DNA of 64,000 nt from Amoebophrya sp. A120 (Eukaryota > Protista > Dinoflagellata), in assembly GCA_905178155.1 (NCBI GenBank), contig CAJINV010000001.1, positions 2,346,089 to 2,410,088 of the forward strand, read 5' to 3'. Under the pieces are notes generated by a model, which ran no database searches, was not told the origin of the DNA, and saw only the letters and a program-made list of their open reading frames with translations. Position numbers and translations under genes: made by a program. This document shows, in pieces, positions 47,286-62,100 of this stretch (position 1 is the first letter of the stretch; each line of letters opens with the position of its first letter).

Positions 47286-50200
47286 CTACATCTTCACTTC
47301 CTGCAGTCGCTCGTTTCCGCTAGCTTCGCGCTTGCTCCAAATCGGCATCTCCCCCGCATCGACCGGATTAGTCACTGTCGGATCGTCGTTGACTGCTTCC
47401 GATGTCGCGCTACTCTCCGCTGCAGCCCCTGCGGCGGTACTAGAGAATGCGGCCTTTTCATCGACTTTCGCATCCCCCTTGGAGCTGGAAGTTGCACTTT
47501 CTACATCCGCATTTTTGTTCTCTCCCGGTTGTTGTACCTCACCTGCACCTCCTCCCGCACCAACGTACTCCTTCTTTCCGTAGTCGTACCCCGCTCCTTG
47601 CATGACCATGGTCTCCAGAATCTTGTTCAACCGCGGCAAAACGGACCTGGGTTCGTCCAACATCCCCGCGGCGATGCAAGCGTTGTCGAATAACAACTCA
47701 GCCGATAATTTCGCCACCTCTTCGTTGCTGTTCTTGATGCTGTACAGCGTTTTTACGATGCTGTGCTTTGCGGAAATCTCCAGGGTCATCGGCACCGCGT
47801 CCGCGCCGCCTCCGCCCTGTCCCCCCGCTCCCGCTGCCATCATCTGCTTCATCATCTTGCGCATGTGTGGGGTCAGCATGCTGGTCACAATAGCCGGACT
47901 GGACACAAGCCGGTCCGTGAATTTGATCTCCATTACCTTTTGCCCCAGCGTGTCCTTCAGCCACGTCTTCAGTTCCTCTTGCTGCGCGCTGCCTGTTGTA
48001 GGGTTTGTTCGGATGAGCTTTGATGTTCTATGGTGCGAATTCATACAAAGTAAGAAATGCTGAATCATCTACTTGGAGAGTTCTAGTCGTATTGCGTGCA
48101 ATAGAAAACATGAAAAACAAATCAACGTCGCTATCATGTACTCAGTTCCACTTTCTCCCCGCTTTCGGTCTCGCTGGCCTTCTTTTCATCCAAATCCAGT
48201 TCAAAATCTTTTCCCTGCGCGTCAATCGCGACTAATTTGTGCTCCTTGTACCCGTCAAGAGCGCTGCTCAGGACAAATTCGTCGATGTCCTCATGCATGA
48301 GGAGAACCTGCGGGAAAGGATTTTTAGTCGTGATTTGCAATGCGCAACGACAACGAGAAAAAGAAAAAGCGCTTAAACTCTTGCGCGCCCACATCACAAA
48401 CACGCACACGGTTGTTCAAAACTTATACTTATTCTTATTGCACTACAAAGTTATACTGCCCGTCCCCGCTCCTGGAATTGCTCCATATAGGGCGAATTCA
48501 TCGCTGTTTCGCGGTTTGGCACGCAGTAGTAATAAATGTTCTTCTGCTTGCCGTTGTCCGTAGACACCATGTGATTGTCCACGTAATCCTGGAGGGAAAT
48601 CAACTCGCCCTCTGGCCGGGTGGAAACGCCGTACCGGAGCAACTTCGTCAGTTCTTCCTGTGTAAGTTTTGTCGGTACACGGACGTGATTCTGTACCATG
48701 AGTCGCAAAGTGGTTCCAAGGAGCGTGTAGTACTGATTTTTTACTGGTCGAACTACAACAGAAACAAAATAAAAAGCGCCCGTCTCTACGAATGCGTATT
48801 TCTCACCTTATGCCGTCCCCCCTGATCCCTGTCTTCGATCAACCCCGCTTTCAGATAATACGAGTAGTTTTTGTAGAACTTCAAGTATTTCTGGGCGTCC
48901 TTTTTCGCCTGTTGGTCCAAAAACCGCAAGAACCTCCTGACCACCGCCAAAGACAACTTGTTCATCAATGCCGTGTCCTGCATGCTCTCGCGACTAATGT
49001 TCAGCGGCATATCTTCGCAGTCCACCACCCCCTTCACCCAGTGCAGCCACCGCGGCATAATCCCCTCAGCTTGCTTCTTCACCAACACGCGCCTGCAGTG
49101 CAGCGCCACCCCGATTTCCGGTTCTTTCGCGAAGAACCGGCTGGGCGCGTCCTCCGGGACGTAAAAGAGAGACTTGATGGTCAGGGGCACGTCGGACGCA
49201 AAGGATAAAGTGTAGTACGGGTCGCCGTAACTGGTACCGGAAAGAAAGCGGTAAAACTCGGAGTGTTCCTCTTCCGTCGCTTTCGCTTTTAACCACAGGG
49301 GTTCTTGTTTATTCAACTCTTTCATTTTCCCAGCCTCCTCCTGAACAAAAAGCGGAAAGTCGACGAAACTGCTGAACTTCTTCGCACAACTCTTCACGGT
49401 CAACAACTTCGAGAACTCGCTGCAGTCCTCCTTCAAATGCAGCTGGATCTTCGTGCCGCGGGCGGGCGTTTGGTCTTCCGGGAGTTCCTCAATGGTGAAC
49501 TCCCCCATCCCGTCCGAGGACCACTTGTACCCTTTGTTGCTTGCGTCCGCCGACCGGGTGAGCACCTCAATTTTGTCCGCCACGACGAAGGCGGAGTAGA
49601 ACCCGACGCCAAACTGTCCGATAATGGTCGTGTTCTGCTGCTCCGCTTCGCCGGACCCGGTGGACGTTTGTATCAAAATGAAAAAAGTCCCCACCCCATA
49701 TCAAACGGGAAATCTCTGATGCAGGATATGTGTACACGAATGCGCGCTGTCTTGCAATACGGCATCGCAGCCAGATCCGCAGCCTAGGGAGGGGCATTTG
49801 GGTCTAGGTGCTTAGCACTACAAACGGCTGTCCTCTAGGCCCAACAGCATGCGAAATCGCTTCCATATTGGCGCGGAAGCCTCTGCATTTGTCTTCTTGC
49901 AAGACAAATGTGATTTGTGACCTCAAATCAGCAACGCAAATTTTCGGAAACATACCTTTTCGATATGGGGAGGGGGGATTTTTCCTCTCAATAGTTTGCT
50001 CAAGGAATTCCCGGGAACCAGACCGGGCGATGGTACCTGTAGATGAAATTCATATTGATGATCGTCATTCGAATTCCAATTCATCTTGATCTTCGTTCAT
50101 CATTCTTGTTCGTGTAGTTGTAGCAGCAGTTTCATTTACACACAGCATGTGCATGCACAACCACAACATGACAGTTGAAAAAAAAGAATGCAGCACCACC

Positions 50201-50887
50201 ATACTACCCAGGTTGTGGATCAGCTGCTCTTTTGTCATTCCGATCCCGTAGTCCTGAATCGTGAACAGTCGCAAGTTTTCGTCGCAACTCAGCTCGATCT
50301 GCAGCTGCTGGTCCTTACTCGTCAGTTCCTCGGGCGCTTTGCCCGAGGTTTGCAAGAACCGCAGTTTCTCACACGCGTCTGACGCGTTGCTGATCAACTC
50401 CCGGATGAAGACTTCCTTATTATGAACTGCAAAAGTATCGCGCTCGTAGGGATGTAATCATGCATTACAAATCCTTTTTTTGAAGGTCAATCCGCATTAC
50501 AGATTTTCTTTCTCATGCTGAGGAAATTTGTAATGCATTTATACGAGTACGATACTTTTGCGGTTCATACTTATCCGTGTACAGCGATTTGGCCACGATG
50601 TTCAGCAACTTTTTCGTCTCCGCTTTGAACTCCATCTTTTCCGCCCCGGTAGATGCAGTGTTGTTCTCTGTCGAGAAATTACGGATAACGCTTGCACTCG
50701 TCCACGAATTCTTGAACTGTGATCCATGTTGCGCCGCGCCAGCTCCTAACTTGTTGCTCAGTGCCGTCGAGCAAGGAGCCAGCGCTCCTGAGGTGCGAGA
50801 AGAAGCCCCGAGATTCAATTTTGTCCGCAAGTTCCGAGCGGCAGTCCGGGACACCGTCTCGCGGGCGAACTTGCTGAGCACCGTCAT
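47286..50887 (-). CDS. TRAP1: Mitochondrial Hsp90 (TRAP1/Hsp75) with 4 canonical introns and 2 introners
   Basis: Mitochondrial-type presequence; [81 protein letters not shown]. Confidence 0.95.
49671..49993. mobile_element. Introner, family C
   Basis: TIRs; perfect TSD GTTTG; removal gives [11 protein letters not shown]. Confidence 0.9.
50421..50569. mobile_element. Introner, family B
   Basis: TATGAAC.GCAAAAGTATCG TIRs; perfect TSD CTTAT; removal restores the conserved SLYTDKEVFIRE motif. Confidence 0.95.
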
Positions 50888-51534
50888 TTTGATTATTTTT
50901 CGTGCTTGATGAAATTCGGTACGCAGCGACAGCGGGCTTTGGTGCGAGGAAGAATAGAAAAATTCGACAAATGAAGATGTATTTGTAAAAGCAAAAGGTA
51001 CTTTTTGTTTTTCGTTCAGTTTTTTTTTTTCTTTTCGATGGTTGCTGATACAAGGTCAGGCACTTCTTCTTCCAGTTCTCAACCTCATTTAAATAAACCA
51101 AAAAAAATCAGGCAGGCTTTTAAAAGATTGCTTTGGCGCAAACTGTGATCTTCGTCTTCCTTTATGCGGGGGACACAGCTTAGTTTGAGCTCAGCCGAGA
51201 AGGAAAAAAGGAACGCAAAATGAAAACGCAAGGAAAAAGATCGCTTGTCTTTCCACACGGCCAATATGGAGCGCGTTTCCAATCGCAACCGATACTTGCA
51301 ACAGATCTCTTTCTCTTCATCATCATTCATCAACATCAGTATGGCTAAAATGCGCATGATCTCAGCACAAGGATTCGTCGACAGGGAACACAAAAGAAAA
51401 AGCAAGGCCACCTCTGGCGACCCTAAGTAAGGATCGATGCCTCACGTTTTTTCCAACTTTTTTTCAAGTTTCCGTGTCGCATGTACTGTTAGTTTCGATA
51501 CTTCTCGAGCTATCTAGGTTGTTCTACTTGCTTG

Positions 51535-51984
51535 TCATTGCGCTAGCAGCGATTTGATCAGTTCAAGTTGCTCAACCAAATTTTTGTCGCTTGCTGGGTC
51601 CTGGCCGGCGAGATGCCGCTCGGAGCATTCCAGTGACAGCAAAGTGAAAACGGCAGCTACGTGAGCCTCCCATACAGGCTTGGATAGTTTTCCTAAACGC
51701 TCTACCTCTACTCGCGACTGGTCAGAAGCTTGCCCTGTCTTGTCGTCCAACGTTAAGCTTCTTAGCCTCCCGAGCTTCTCCTCGAGTCTGACCAAGAGTG
51801 CGTTCGTTTCAGCATGCATGGGTGAACAATTTGATATCGCTGCGCCTGTTGCCAGTGCCGGCTGTGTCGTCGAGGTAGATGATCCTGCATTTATTTCAGT
51901 CGCCGCTGCCGCTACTTTCTCCTCCTTCGCCGCGGCTTTCCTTTCTTTTTTCTGCATCTGCTTGCGTGTCGTCTTTTTCCCCAT
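51535..51984 (-). CDS. Hypothetical protein
   Basis: 149-aa ATG-started ORF, co-oriented with neighbours, plausible composition. Confidence 0.45.
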   Translation of the reverse strand: MGKKTTRKQMQKKERKAAAKEEKVAAAATEINAGSSTSTTQPALATGAAISNCSPMHAETNALLVRLEEKLGRLRSLTLDDKTGQASDQSRVEVERLGKLSKPVWEAHVAAVFTLLSLECSERHLAGQDPASDKNLVEQLELIKSLLAQ

Positions 51985-53124
51985 CTTTGCAGATTTTAAT
52001 ATTCTACTTCTTCGTACTATTCCTCCGGTTCACAGTCAAGTCAGTGCTGCACTAATTTTGAGCATAAGTAAGCACATAAGTGCATTTCCTTAAGAGATAC
52101 GAGCGGCTGTTGTCCTGTAGTCGAGGTCTTGGGGTTTTCGGAAGAGCAATAGCCATAGCAACATGTTCATATAAATATGTCTGTGATCTCTTATGCGTGA
52201 TCTCTTATGGTAATGATCCAAGGAGGAGCTGTCACATTTTTACTCTCACCAATCTCCGGCAAGAACGACTGATCGGGTAGGGCAACACAGACCGGATATT
52301 TCGTCCTTTATTTGTACGTCAGCAAGATCGTCGTGCTCATGTACAAGTTGTCGGTTTTTATTAGAACTTCAACTTTTCTCTTTGAATTCGATTTTGCGTT
52401 CTTGATCACGACGAGGACATTCTTGGCGTACTACTTTTGTTCTGTTTATTGCGCGTCTTGGTCTACTTTTGAATCCAGCGACGAATAGGATTTTTCTCGA
52501 ACCGTGCTGGAAAGAAGGAGTCTTAGTCTCCTGCGCCGGAAACCGACCTTGACGGATCGGCCGGTGAAGGAAAAATCTTCTTCGCGATCGCGGTGGCCAG
52601 GTTTTATTACTCTCAGGTTCGATCCCAATTTTGCTTAAAAGCTGTGCCAGAATTGTTACGACCTCGTCGTGGTTGATGATCTGGTTCGAAAGAACTGCAA
52701 CTTGTCCCCATGACCCAGAACATCGCGTCTGCCCGAAGATAAAGCGACGGGGAGTGATTCTCGCGGTTGAAGACTTTTTGGTCCACCCTCAAGACCTTTA
52801 TGTTCCGCACAATGCCTGCTCCGCTCATCCCGGCCGGCTATTTTCAAGATTCCCTCCGCCGCGACGACCGGGCTGTGGGTTCCGCGACGACAGGGACCGA
52901 CTTCTGGATATCGCTGCCAAACAGAAACAGCTCCTCCTGAAATAATTTTTGTTCTCCCCTTCAATCTCCCCAAGCGAAACATGATTCTCTGTGTCCTGCG
53001 CGTCGCGGCCGCGTGGGTGGTGAAAACGCTCTTCGGCGTCCGGGTGGTTGATGCGTCCGCATGAAAATCCCCTTCGCGACAAAGTAAACGGTGGTCGGGC
53101 CCGCGCGTAGTTGCAGCATAGATT

Positions 53125-56100
53125 CTAGGACTTGGCGGCCGTGGTCGTGTGCGGCATGACCTTATTGTTGCTGTAAACGACGTTGTTATTCGGAATTTGC
53201 TCCTGGTACAGCAGCCCACTCCGGTTCATGTACGTGTTTCGACAGGTCAACCGGTCCCGTTCCCGTCCTGATCTGGTTTGCTCAGGATGTAGTTGGCGAA
53301 GATTTTCATTCTCCTCCGGTTTGGAACCTGCTTTTGCGACAGGGGCACTGGCCGATGATCCACGACCTCCCCCATGCAACAATCTCCACGATTCCGAGAT
53401 ACACCGCTGCGCCATGCTCGGTCGCTCTTCTTGCCCGGCGGGGGCGGATTCGGGAGTTTTAGAAGTACTTCTATTTTTGCCTAAGAACTTCTGCGGTCGA
53501 GGTGGATGTTGTTGTGGTTGCCCAGAAATTGCCGTGTAGTCGTGCCGGGCATGGCCGCGTGCTGTTCTCACTGACGGCCTTCTGGAGGATCTTGTCGAAC
53601 GTTTTCGCCTCGAACGCCCGCAACCGGGCTTGTGCGCGTTCACGAAATAAGTTGGGAAGGGAAACTCGGGGCAATCCGGATCCTTTTCGGATTTGTAGCG
53701 TCGCTGTAAAGTTGTAGTGTCGGTTTATTTTTATGAAGTTTGCTTTTCAATCAGATGAACGTTGTAGTCCTTCCTTTCAACAACTCTAATTGAAAATCGA
53801 AGAACTTCTGTTTTCCTAAACTGCAGCTGCAGCTCTCTGATATTAAGGTAACTTTAACTGACTTGCGCTATATCAAAAATACCGTGCAATCGAAGTCCAT
53901 TTTGATCATTTGGTAAGTCGATTCCGACACGTGCAACTTTCCCACTTGCCCACTGGATTCCATCTGGTTCGCCGTGTGCACGGCGTCGCCCCACAAATCG
54001 TAACTGAAATTCGAATATCCAATCACGCCGGCCACCGCAGCGCCGCTGTGCACCCCGAACCGCATGGTCATGGGCTCCAACTTCCCGTATTTGTTTTTGT
54101 TCAGCACCGCCCGCTTCCCCCGCATCCGCCGCATCACCTCCAACCCGTATTTGCACATCTGCATGGCGTGGTTCCCCATGTAGGACCCCGGCACCGGTGG
54201 CTCCTGATTGTAGTCGTTCAACCCGGTTGCCGCCATGTAGCAGTCGCCGATGGTTTTGATCTTTTCCACGTTGTTCCTGGCCAGGTACTTGTCGTAGATG
54301 CGGAAGAGGGAATTCAAAGTTTTCACCAACTCCTCCGGCTCTGTGCGGGAAGAAACCTTCGTGAAGGAACACACGTCGGCGAAGAAAATGCTGCAGGACT
54401 CATAAAAATCCGCGTACAGACCAAACGCGTTCAAGGACGTGGTAATCGACTCTTTCGCGTGCGGGGGTTGCTGTTGTACCAAGTGCGCGCTCGTGTCACC
54501 GGTCCTGTTCAAGGTCGCGTGTGTGACCGACAACGGCGTGCGGGTGCCCTGTACCAGCCCACCACGCGCAACGACGGTGGAAGCAGTGGTTTTTCTCGTC
54601 GGAAAGAAGAGCGCGCTCTTTGACCTCCCGTGGACGTCAACGTTGATATCAAACAAATCATCTTCCACGCCGGGAGGCGGCGCAGTGCCAAAGTAATCGT
54701 GCGTCGTTTGGCGGCTCCGCACGATGGCGTTGGCGGCACTGTTGCGGGCGGCCGCGAGCGAGTTTCGCAGGTGTTCCTGCTGCTTCTGGCGGTCCTCACG
54801 ACTGACCGGCGGCGCCATGATCCGCTTGGATATTCTCTTCGGAAAGATGTTGTCCAGCAGCGTTTCGTTCCGGTCGATCTCCTTGAACACGTGCTGTGCC
54901 TGCACGAAATCCCGTCTCTGCAGCATTTCCAGGATGTACCCGAGCGAGGTCATCAACACGATTGCGGTAAACACGACGAGAAAACCCGGGATGAGTTCGA
55001 AGATGACAAAGCTGTTCCCGTACCGTCTCCGGTTGAAAACGCACCAGGACGTCCGCTGGATGTCGCACTGCTCGCCCACATTAGCGTACGCGCGGTCCTC
55101 TTCCTGCGTCAACTCTGGCACGTCGAAAAACTGGTGCAGCGAGTGGAGCCGGTCCTCCGCCTGGGACGTACCCGGAGGGATCGACTTGTTGTTTCCCGTT
55201 TCCAAGTTCGAGTCGATGACGGTAATTCCGTACTCGGTGCAGCCACAAATCCGCCATCCGTCGATGGTCGCGTGTCGGGACAGCGCCAGGAAGTACGCCC
55301 CGTACAGCAAGAGAATCAGGGTCACGGCGCTGCACACCTGCATGAGGAATTTCTGGCGGAACAACGTGCAGCTGACGACGACAAAGGTGACCAGTTGCAT
55401 GTTGGTCGCCAAGGGCAAAAAGCGGGTCTCCTCTATTGCGATGAAAAATCCACCCTCCCCATACTGAAAAGGTATGTTCCTAAAAATTTGTGCTGCTGAT
55501 TTGTCACCATAGATCCTGTCTCTCTTGCAAGACGGCAAATCCAAAGAATCCGCCGCCCTATGGAGGCGGTTTGTGATGCTGTTTCACCAACATGGCAGGC
55601 CTCTGCTATGCTAAGCACCTGCTACACCAAAACACCCCTACACAGGCTTAGGCTCTGCCTGCAGTGCCGCGCTGCAAGACAGACGCGATTTGTGTACACA
55701 AATCCCGCATCACAGATTTCCATTTCAATATGGGGAGGGGGGATTTTCCACTTTGATATCCTCCGGCGGCCGCCAGTGGTCGCGGTCGTGGTCAAACTCG
55801 ACCAAAACGAGCGGACGGGTATGAGAATGCACAACTCCCCTCCTCCCCCTCATTTGTAATGCAAAATACGAAATCCACATCCTGCCTCTACGTACTGTCC
55901 GCATGACAAATCTCGGTGGAGCCTCAAACTACAGTACTCCAATCCGTGCGCAGATTTGTCATGCGCGACCAACATTTCTGCTGTTGCGTGTGTTGCAGCT
56001 CCTCATGCTATACAAATGAGGAGGAGGAGGGGTTCTGCAGCACTCTCGTAACGGGCGACGGTGATGGTGAAGACCATCACAACGCTGGAGATGAGGAAAA

Positions 56101-59100
56101 ACAGAAACATGATGACGTCGAAGTTCCGATAGATCAAACTGGTACACACCCCGAGGAGGAAATGCAGGAGGAGTAACCCTGGCGCGACCATAACCAGAGG
56201 GTCGACCAAGATTGCCCGATAGCTGGCGTGTCGGCTGCTGTTGACCATGGCGAGCATGACCAGAGGAACGACCGACACGGCGTACCGGAGGAACCGTTTG
56301 TTCCGCCGCACGTGGTCCCAACAAAATTTCGCCTCCAGCCCGTCTTCCTGGAAGGCGAGGGTGGCAAAATGCATCGGCATCCTATGTAAAAACGTCCTTA
56401 CCCTAATGCAACTCTGCATGCTGAAAATATTTCTCACGCGGAGCCGCATAAGAAGCATTCTCTAGACGTGTTTCGGAATTTGTCATGCTCCAATCTGCAT
56501 GATATGCGAGGTCTGTGATGCTGCTGAGCTTGCTAAACAGGATGACATTACGAGGAGAAACTTGTCATCCGCAACAACCAAAGCTTGTTGATTTGTCTAG
56601 CATGATTTCCCATCTTGACTATGGGGTGGGGACGGTTTTACACAGCATAATCGGCACCCCGTACTTCCTCCACAACGTGGCGGCCTATCAAATGTAAAAA
56701 TGTCTGGGTCTAAAAACTTGTGATGCCGGGTGGCGTATCATGAGGAGGCCACAAGTGCTGGCTCAGCATGACAAGTTTCTGAGCTTCTTGGTGTTGCCTA
56801 TTCTGCATGACGGACTGCGTTTCTGCATGACAGAAAAATGGGGCTCTTGGGTAATGTGCATGACAAATTTAAGAGTCATGTGAGACAAGCATGACAAACT
56901 TGCGTTCTTCCAGACCCAGACATTTTTGCACTTGATACGGCCTGCTCGTCCGCGACTCGCTGCATCTCGATGCGCGCCTCCCGCTCGATGCGCTTCATAT
57001 CCTGCTTCTTCCGAATCTCTTCCGCCTTTTTCTCCGGATCACTTTCCTTCCCGGACCAACATCTTAGCAGCGCAGTACACGGGTTCCACAGGACCCAAAG
57101 TAGGTTGGCGCAACACTTCTTCAACTTTCCGCAACAGGTCGTTTTGCTGGGAGCAGTCTCTGCATCTATCTTACTGCCCGCCCCCTCTTGCTGGGCTGCT
57201 GGCGCTTCGTCTTTCTTTCCGTTTTTGATATCTCCTGGGTTTTTTTTGTCCGCCTCCTCATCACCGGAACTACACGCAGAGCCCCGCTGACTCGCGCTGT
57301 CATCCGGAGTAATTCGTTCGCGGTTCACGAACTCCTGAAAGGAAACGCTGTTACGCAAATTCTGTGCATTCTTGTTGTTCGCGTTCATAGCTGTTCGGAA
57401 GCCCCCTGAAGATGAATTCGGGTGCGCCGGGAGGTGCTCCTGCGTCGAATGATCATGCTGATCATCATCAACAACTCTGCCCATTTCGACCATCTCTATT
57501 GCCCCAAGACAACCCCCGTGATCGTCGTCGGCAACGCCGGAGTGCGAACTTATCAACTGCAAAAGTGTCTGGGTCTGGAAGAGTGCCAGAATTGTCATGC
57601 AGGTTTTCCATGGCCCATGAGGTCTGGTATGAAGGAGATAGCATGACAGATTCTGCGAGAGTTCTATCATGCCTATCCTGCATGAGAAACTGCCTCGCGA
57701 CTAGGTCAAAAGTGGACAGCTTTTGGTAATCATGCAACACAGATTTTTGCATGATTCAGATTTAGCATGACAAGTTGCTTTGTTCCAGACCCAGACATTT
57801 TTACATTTGATAGAACTAGACGTGCGGACAAAGTCTGGCGGAAGAGGATCCTCGTCCCCGTCAGACGAGTTTTCCTCAGATGCTTCTATGGCTGAAAGCC
57901 TCGTATGAAGATCCTCACCCCGCGAGGAGGGATGCTGAAGTCGTGGGTGAACCTATCCTGTGCAAAAGTACCGTACTCGTATTGCAATCATGCAGTCTTT
58001 TTCTTATAGGTAAGCTCGCATTACAAATTTCATTTCTCATGCTGAGGAAATTTGTAATGCATTTATACGAATGCGATACTTTTGCAGTTCATAGAACCTC
58101 GATGGTCGCAACATCCAGCTCGATGGTCGTAACATCACCACCACCTGCACCAAAATCTTGCATTTCAATCGCCCCGGCGTTGACGTTTAATATTTCACTA
58201 TGTTGACGATGACGCGCCACCAGCTCAACATCTTTATTATCCGGAACAACGGTCGTCGTCGTACTAATATGTTGCGCACCAGGGTCAACCAGAATTTGGT
58301 CCAGCGTCAAGGCCGCGCCCGGCCGGGACGAGGATGCTGCGCCGTCGCCCGCCACTATCAGTTCCTGGTCATCCCAGCCCTCCTTAAGCCGCTCCTGTTC
58401 TTCCGTGCGATTGGATTGGGAGCTCACTAAACTGTAATTGCACGATCGCATCCGATCATGTGCAGCTGCTGCCCCAGGTAAAAATCCTGCTTGCTCTTCC
58501 ACGCCAAAAACCTCCGGCTTGCTGCGCGTGCGGGCCAAATTATACCTCGCCTGCATGTCCTCCGGGATGTCGGCGGTGCTTAAGCGTCGCAGCGCCTTCA
58601 GGCTTTTGCTGGTCGGCAGGTTGTACTTCGCGCGCCAAGCAGCCCCGGAAGAGAGTTCATCATGATCATGATCTTCTGGATCTACTCCAGGTTGATGATG
58701 TTCATCTTCAACTTGATCTGAGGTCTTTAATCTTTTTCTCTCCGGCAACTCTTTCACAGTGCTCTGCGCCGCCGAATCACGATTAACATCTTCCACCTCC
58801 CCGTCAGATGCGTTTATTTGGTCTTCTACTGGTTCCTTCACGCTGTGACCGGGCGCGGCGGGTGCGGGGACATCAAGCAGTTGCGGTGACAAGGAACTCG
58901 CACTGCTGCTCGACGACGCGGCCGACATTTCCACCATCTCTACCGCACCACCCGGACCATCACCACTTGTCGATGTCGCCCCGACTAATGGCGCCGCACT
59001 AGTGCTGCAAACCCCGCCGGCAGTAGGAGAACGCAGCTCCGTTGGAACAAGCACCACGTCCGGACTTGTTGCCGCCAACGGCGCGTTGTGTGTCGTGACT

Positions 59101-62100
59101 CTCCCCCTCGTCGGCCAGGACTCCCGCAGTTGTGAATTTTTGTCCTTTACGACCGAAGATGAACCTTGGTCGAGAACAACAACATTTTCAGTGGCTGGTG
59201 CAACAGCAGCAGCAGCAGTGTCCTCTTTCACGCCAGACGAGCTCGGCTTCCCGAGGGCGCCGCTCAACCGCGCGCTCGAATTGCTGACGTCCCTTCGCTA
59301 TCAAGTGCAAATATGTCTGGGTCTGGAAAGATGCAAGGTTTGTCATGCTCTGCTAGCATGATTCTCAGGTTTGTCATGCAGATCACCCAAAAGCGCCATT
59401 TTTCTGTCATGCAGAAGCCCAGTTTGTCATGCAGAATAGACAACACCACAGCATCTCCAAAACTTGTCATGCTTGGCAGCCAATTGACATTGAGGCGTGC
59501 CCCTCTTTGTCCAACCACCATCACAAGTTTCCAGATCCAGACCCGCACATATCTGCAATGCATATTCGTAAGTAACTTCCGTCCGTTTCCGCGGGGGACG
59601 CGAGACCACACGGGGAGAAAGGCGAAGACCGTGCCAGGTCGCTGATGTTCCGAACCACGTTGATGCCGTCGTCAAAAACCATTTCGAAGTCTCCATTGTT
59701 ACCCAACAACTCTCCCGTTTCGTCCAGCCGGGCCAGTCGCGCGCTGTCCTTGTTCCTCAGACTGGCGCCGAAACTGCTGCTCCGCAGCGTCGCACTCGCA
59801 CCTGCCGCTTGGTCCGGGAAGGTAAGTCGGGGGTCGGCGCGGGTCAGTGGTGGACGAGCCTTCGCTTTCGGCGAGGACGGGAGTTCTTCCTGCATTTTCT
59901 GTTGATGCTCCTGTGCAGCGTGCTTTTGGTTTTCTCTTTCTGTTTCTTGTCCGTCACGGTCCTTATCTTCGTAGTGGTCATCGAATAAATCTATGTCCGG
60001 AATCTTGATTGGCGGCGAACCGTCGGAGGAATCTGAGTCACCACGACCTGCTGCAGCCGTCTCTCCATCACGACCTGACGCAAGCAGAGACCCACCTCCC
60101 GGGAGGTTGATGTTGAGGCTCCTAGACACTCTTCTGCCACTACTTCTCGCGTTGTTGACGCTCAGTGGCGTTATCAGCGAGGTATCGTTGTCCACGCGCG
60201 CGTTGCAGATCTCCGTCATTTTCTGTATTTGCCGATTTGCAGTTCCTCGGCAGCTGTTTTCGTCTTGCGAAGAAACCCGACTTGCGAAAGAAGCAGAACG
60301 TGCTACGTGAAAAGGACTGGTACTGGACTGTTCCGACGGCAGGGCCAGGTTGTACACTGGAACCGGAATCACGTCACAGGTGTTCCGCCTGTTATCCACA
60401 GATGATTCTTGTTCGTCGTCCTCTTTTTCAACAACTTCTTCCTCCCCATCTGCCGAATCTCCTGAACCGGTGCGAATCAAACGATTTCGTCTAACAATCT
60501 CCCGCCGGCCACTATAATTTTCATTTCTCGTAGTTCCCATCACATTATTACCACCTGCTCGCGGCCCTGGCACGCTGTCGAGAAGTTGCAGTTGGTTCCC
60601 TCTACTTTGCTGGTCCTTTGCGGAGGTCGTTCCCGCACCCTGTAGTAGTTCTACGCGCTGCTGCTGACTCTGGCGGAGCCGCACCGCGGCCACCGACCGT
60701 TCCTCGCCGACTTGGGAGGGGCGGCAATTTTTCCCCTGATAGAAGAAATCCTTTTTGTAGTCGTAAAAATCCGTCACGTATCAAATGTAAAAATGTCTGG
60801 GTCTGGAAGAGTCATACTGTTTTTGCATGACACAGAAGGTCTGGCATGGAGGCTCTAGCATCACAGGTTTCGAGAAGCTTCCGCAATGCCGAACTCGCAT
60901 GAGAAATCCCCCATTTTGGTGACAGAAAGTCGGCAGCTTTTGCTACCTGTGCATGAGAGATTTTCATTTTTCTGTGTTCTAAAATGCGCATCACAAGTTC
61001 GGATCCTTCCAGACCCAGACATTTTCGCATTTCATATCACGTCTCGCCGCACCTTGAGTCGGCACTTATGAGAGTGCACAACTCCCCCTCCCCCTCATTT
61101 GTAATGCAAAATCCCCAATCCAAGCTGTGCCTCTTGGCACTGTTTGCATGACAAGTTCTTGTAGCGCAAATAGCACTACACTCCAGTGTCAATTTATCAT
61201 GCAAAATAACCAGCATTCTTGCTGATGCTTGTATTGCCGTTCATGCTATACAAATGAGGGGGAGGGGGAGTTGTGCACTGTCATAGCGCTTCATACACAC
61301 GCAGAAGCAGCACTTCCGTAGGTCGGTGCCCTCGCCCTCCGACACGGGGCTGTCGCCGTCATCGTCCATCAGGCCTTGCTCGGTCATGCTAAGCTTGTTC
61401 GATATGTCCAGCCGCCCGGTCGCCGTGTCTTGGGTCCACCGCACGTTGTCCAGATCCTGGTACAATTGCGGATCCGGGGTCGGTATCAAATGCAAATATG
61501 TCTGGGTCTGGAAGGATCCGAATTTGTGATGCGTGTTTCGGATCCTACAGTGATCTGTGATGCAGAACGTGCAAAAGGTGCCCACTTCTGGCCATGCTGA
61601 GCGGGCATTTCTCATGCAGAATACGCATCTATCACCAACGAGCTGCAGAACCTGTGATGCTAGGCCCTGCATTCCAGACGTGGGGGAGCTTGCAAAAACT
61701 GCATGACAAATCTCGGAATCTCCCAGACCCAGACATTTTTGCATTTGATAGCCGGCGGCGCCCCGCACCAGATGGCGGAGCACATGTTGTAGCAGAACCG
61801 CTTAAACGCCCTTTTGATCGGAATCATCCACTATCAACTGCAAATATAACTGGGTCTGCAACATTGGAAGATTTGTCATGCATACCTGACATAACCCATG
61901 ACGGCTGTGATGTATGCCCTAGCATCACAGATTTTCTGAGTGCTTCTCTTGATGCCTATCCTGCGTGAGAAATGCCCTCTCCACGTAGCAAAAACTGAAC
62001 TTCTATTGCTTGTCATGCAACACAGATTTTTTCAGAATCCAAAAGTAGCATCACAAGTTGTATCCTTCCAGACCCAGATATATGGTAAAGGTGTAGACCA

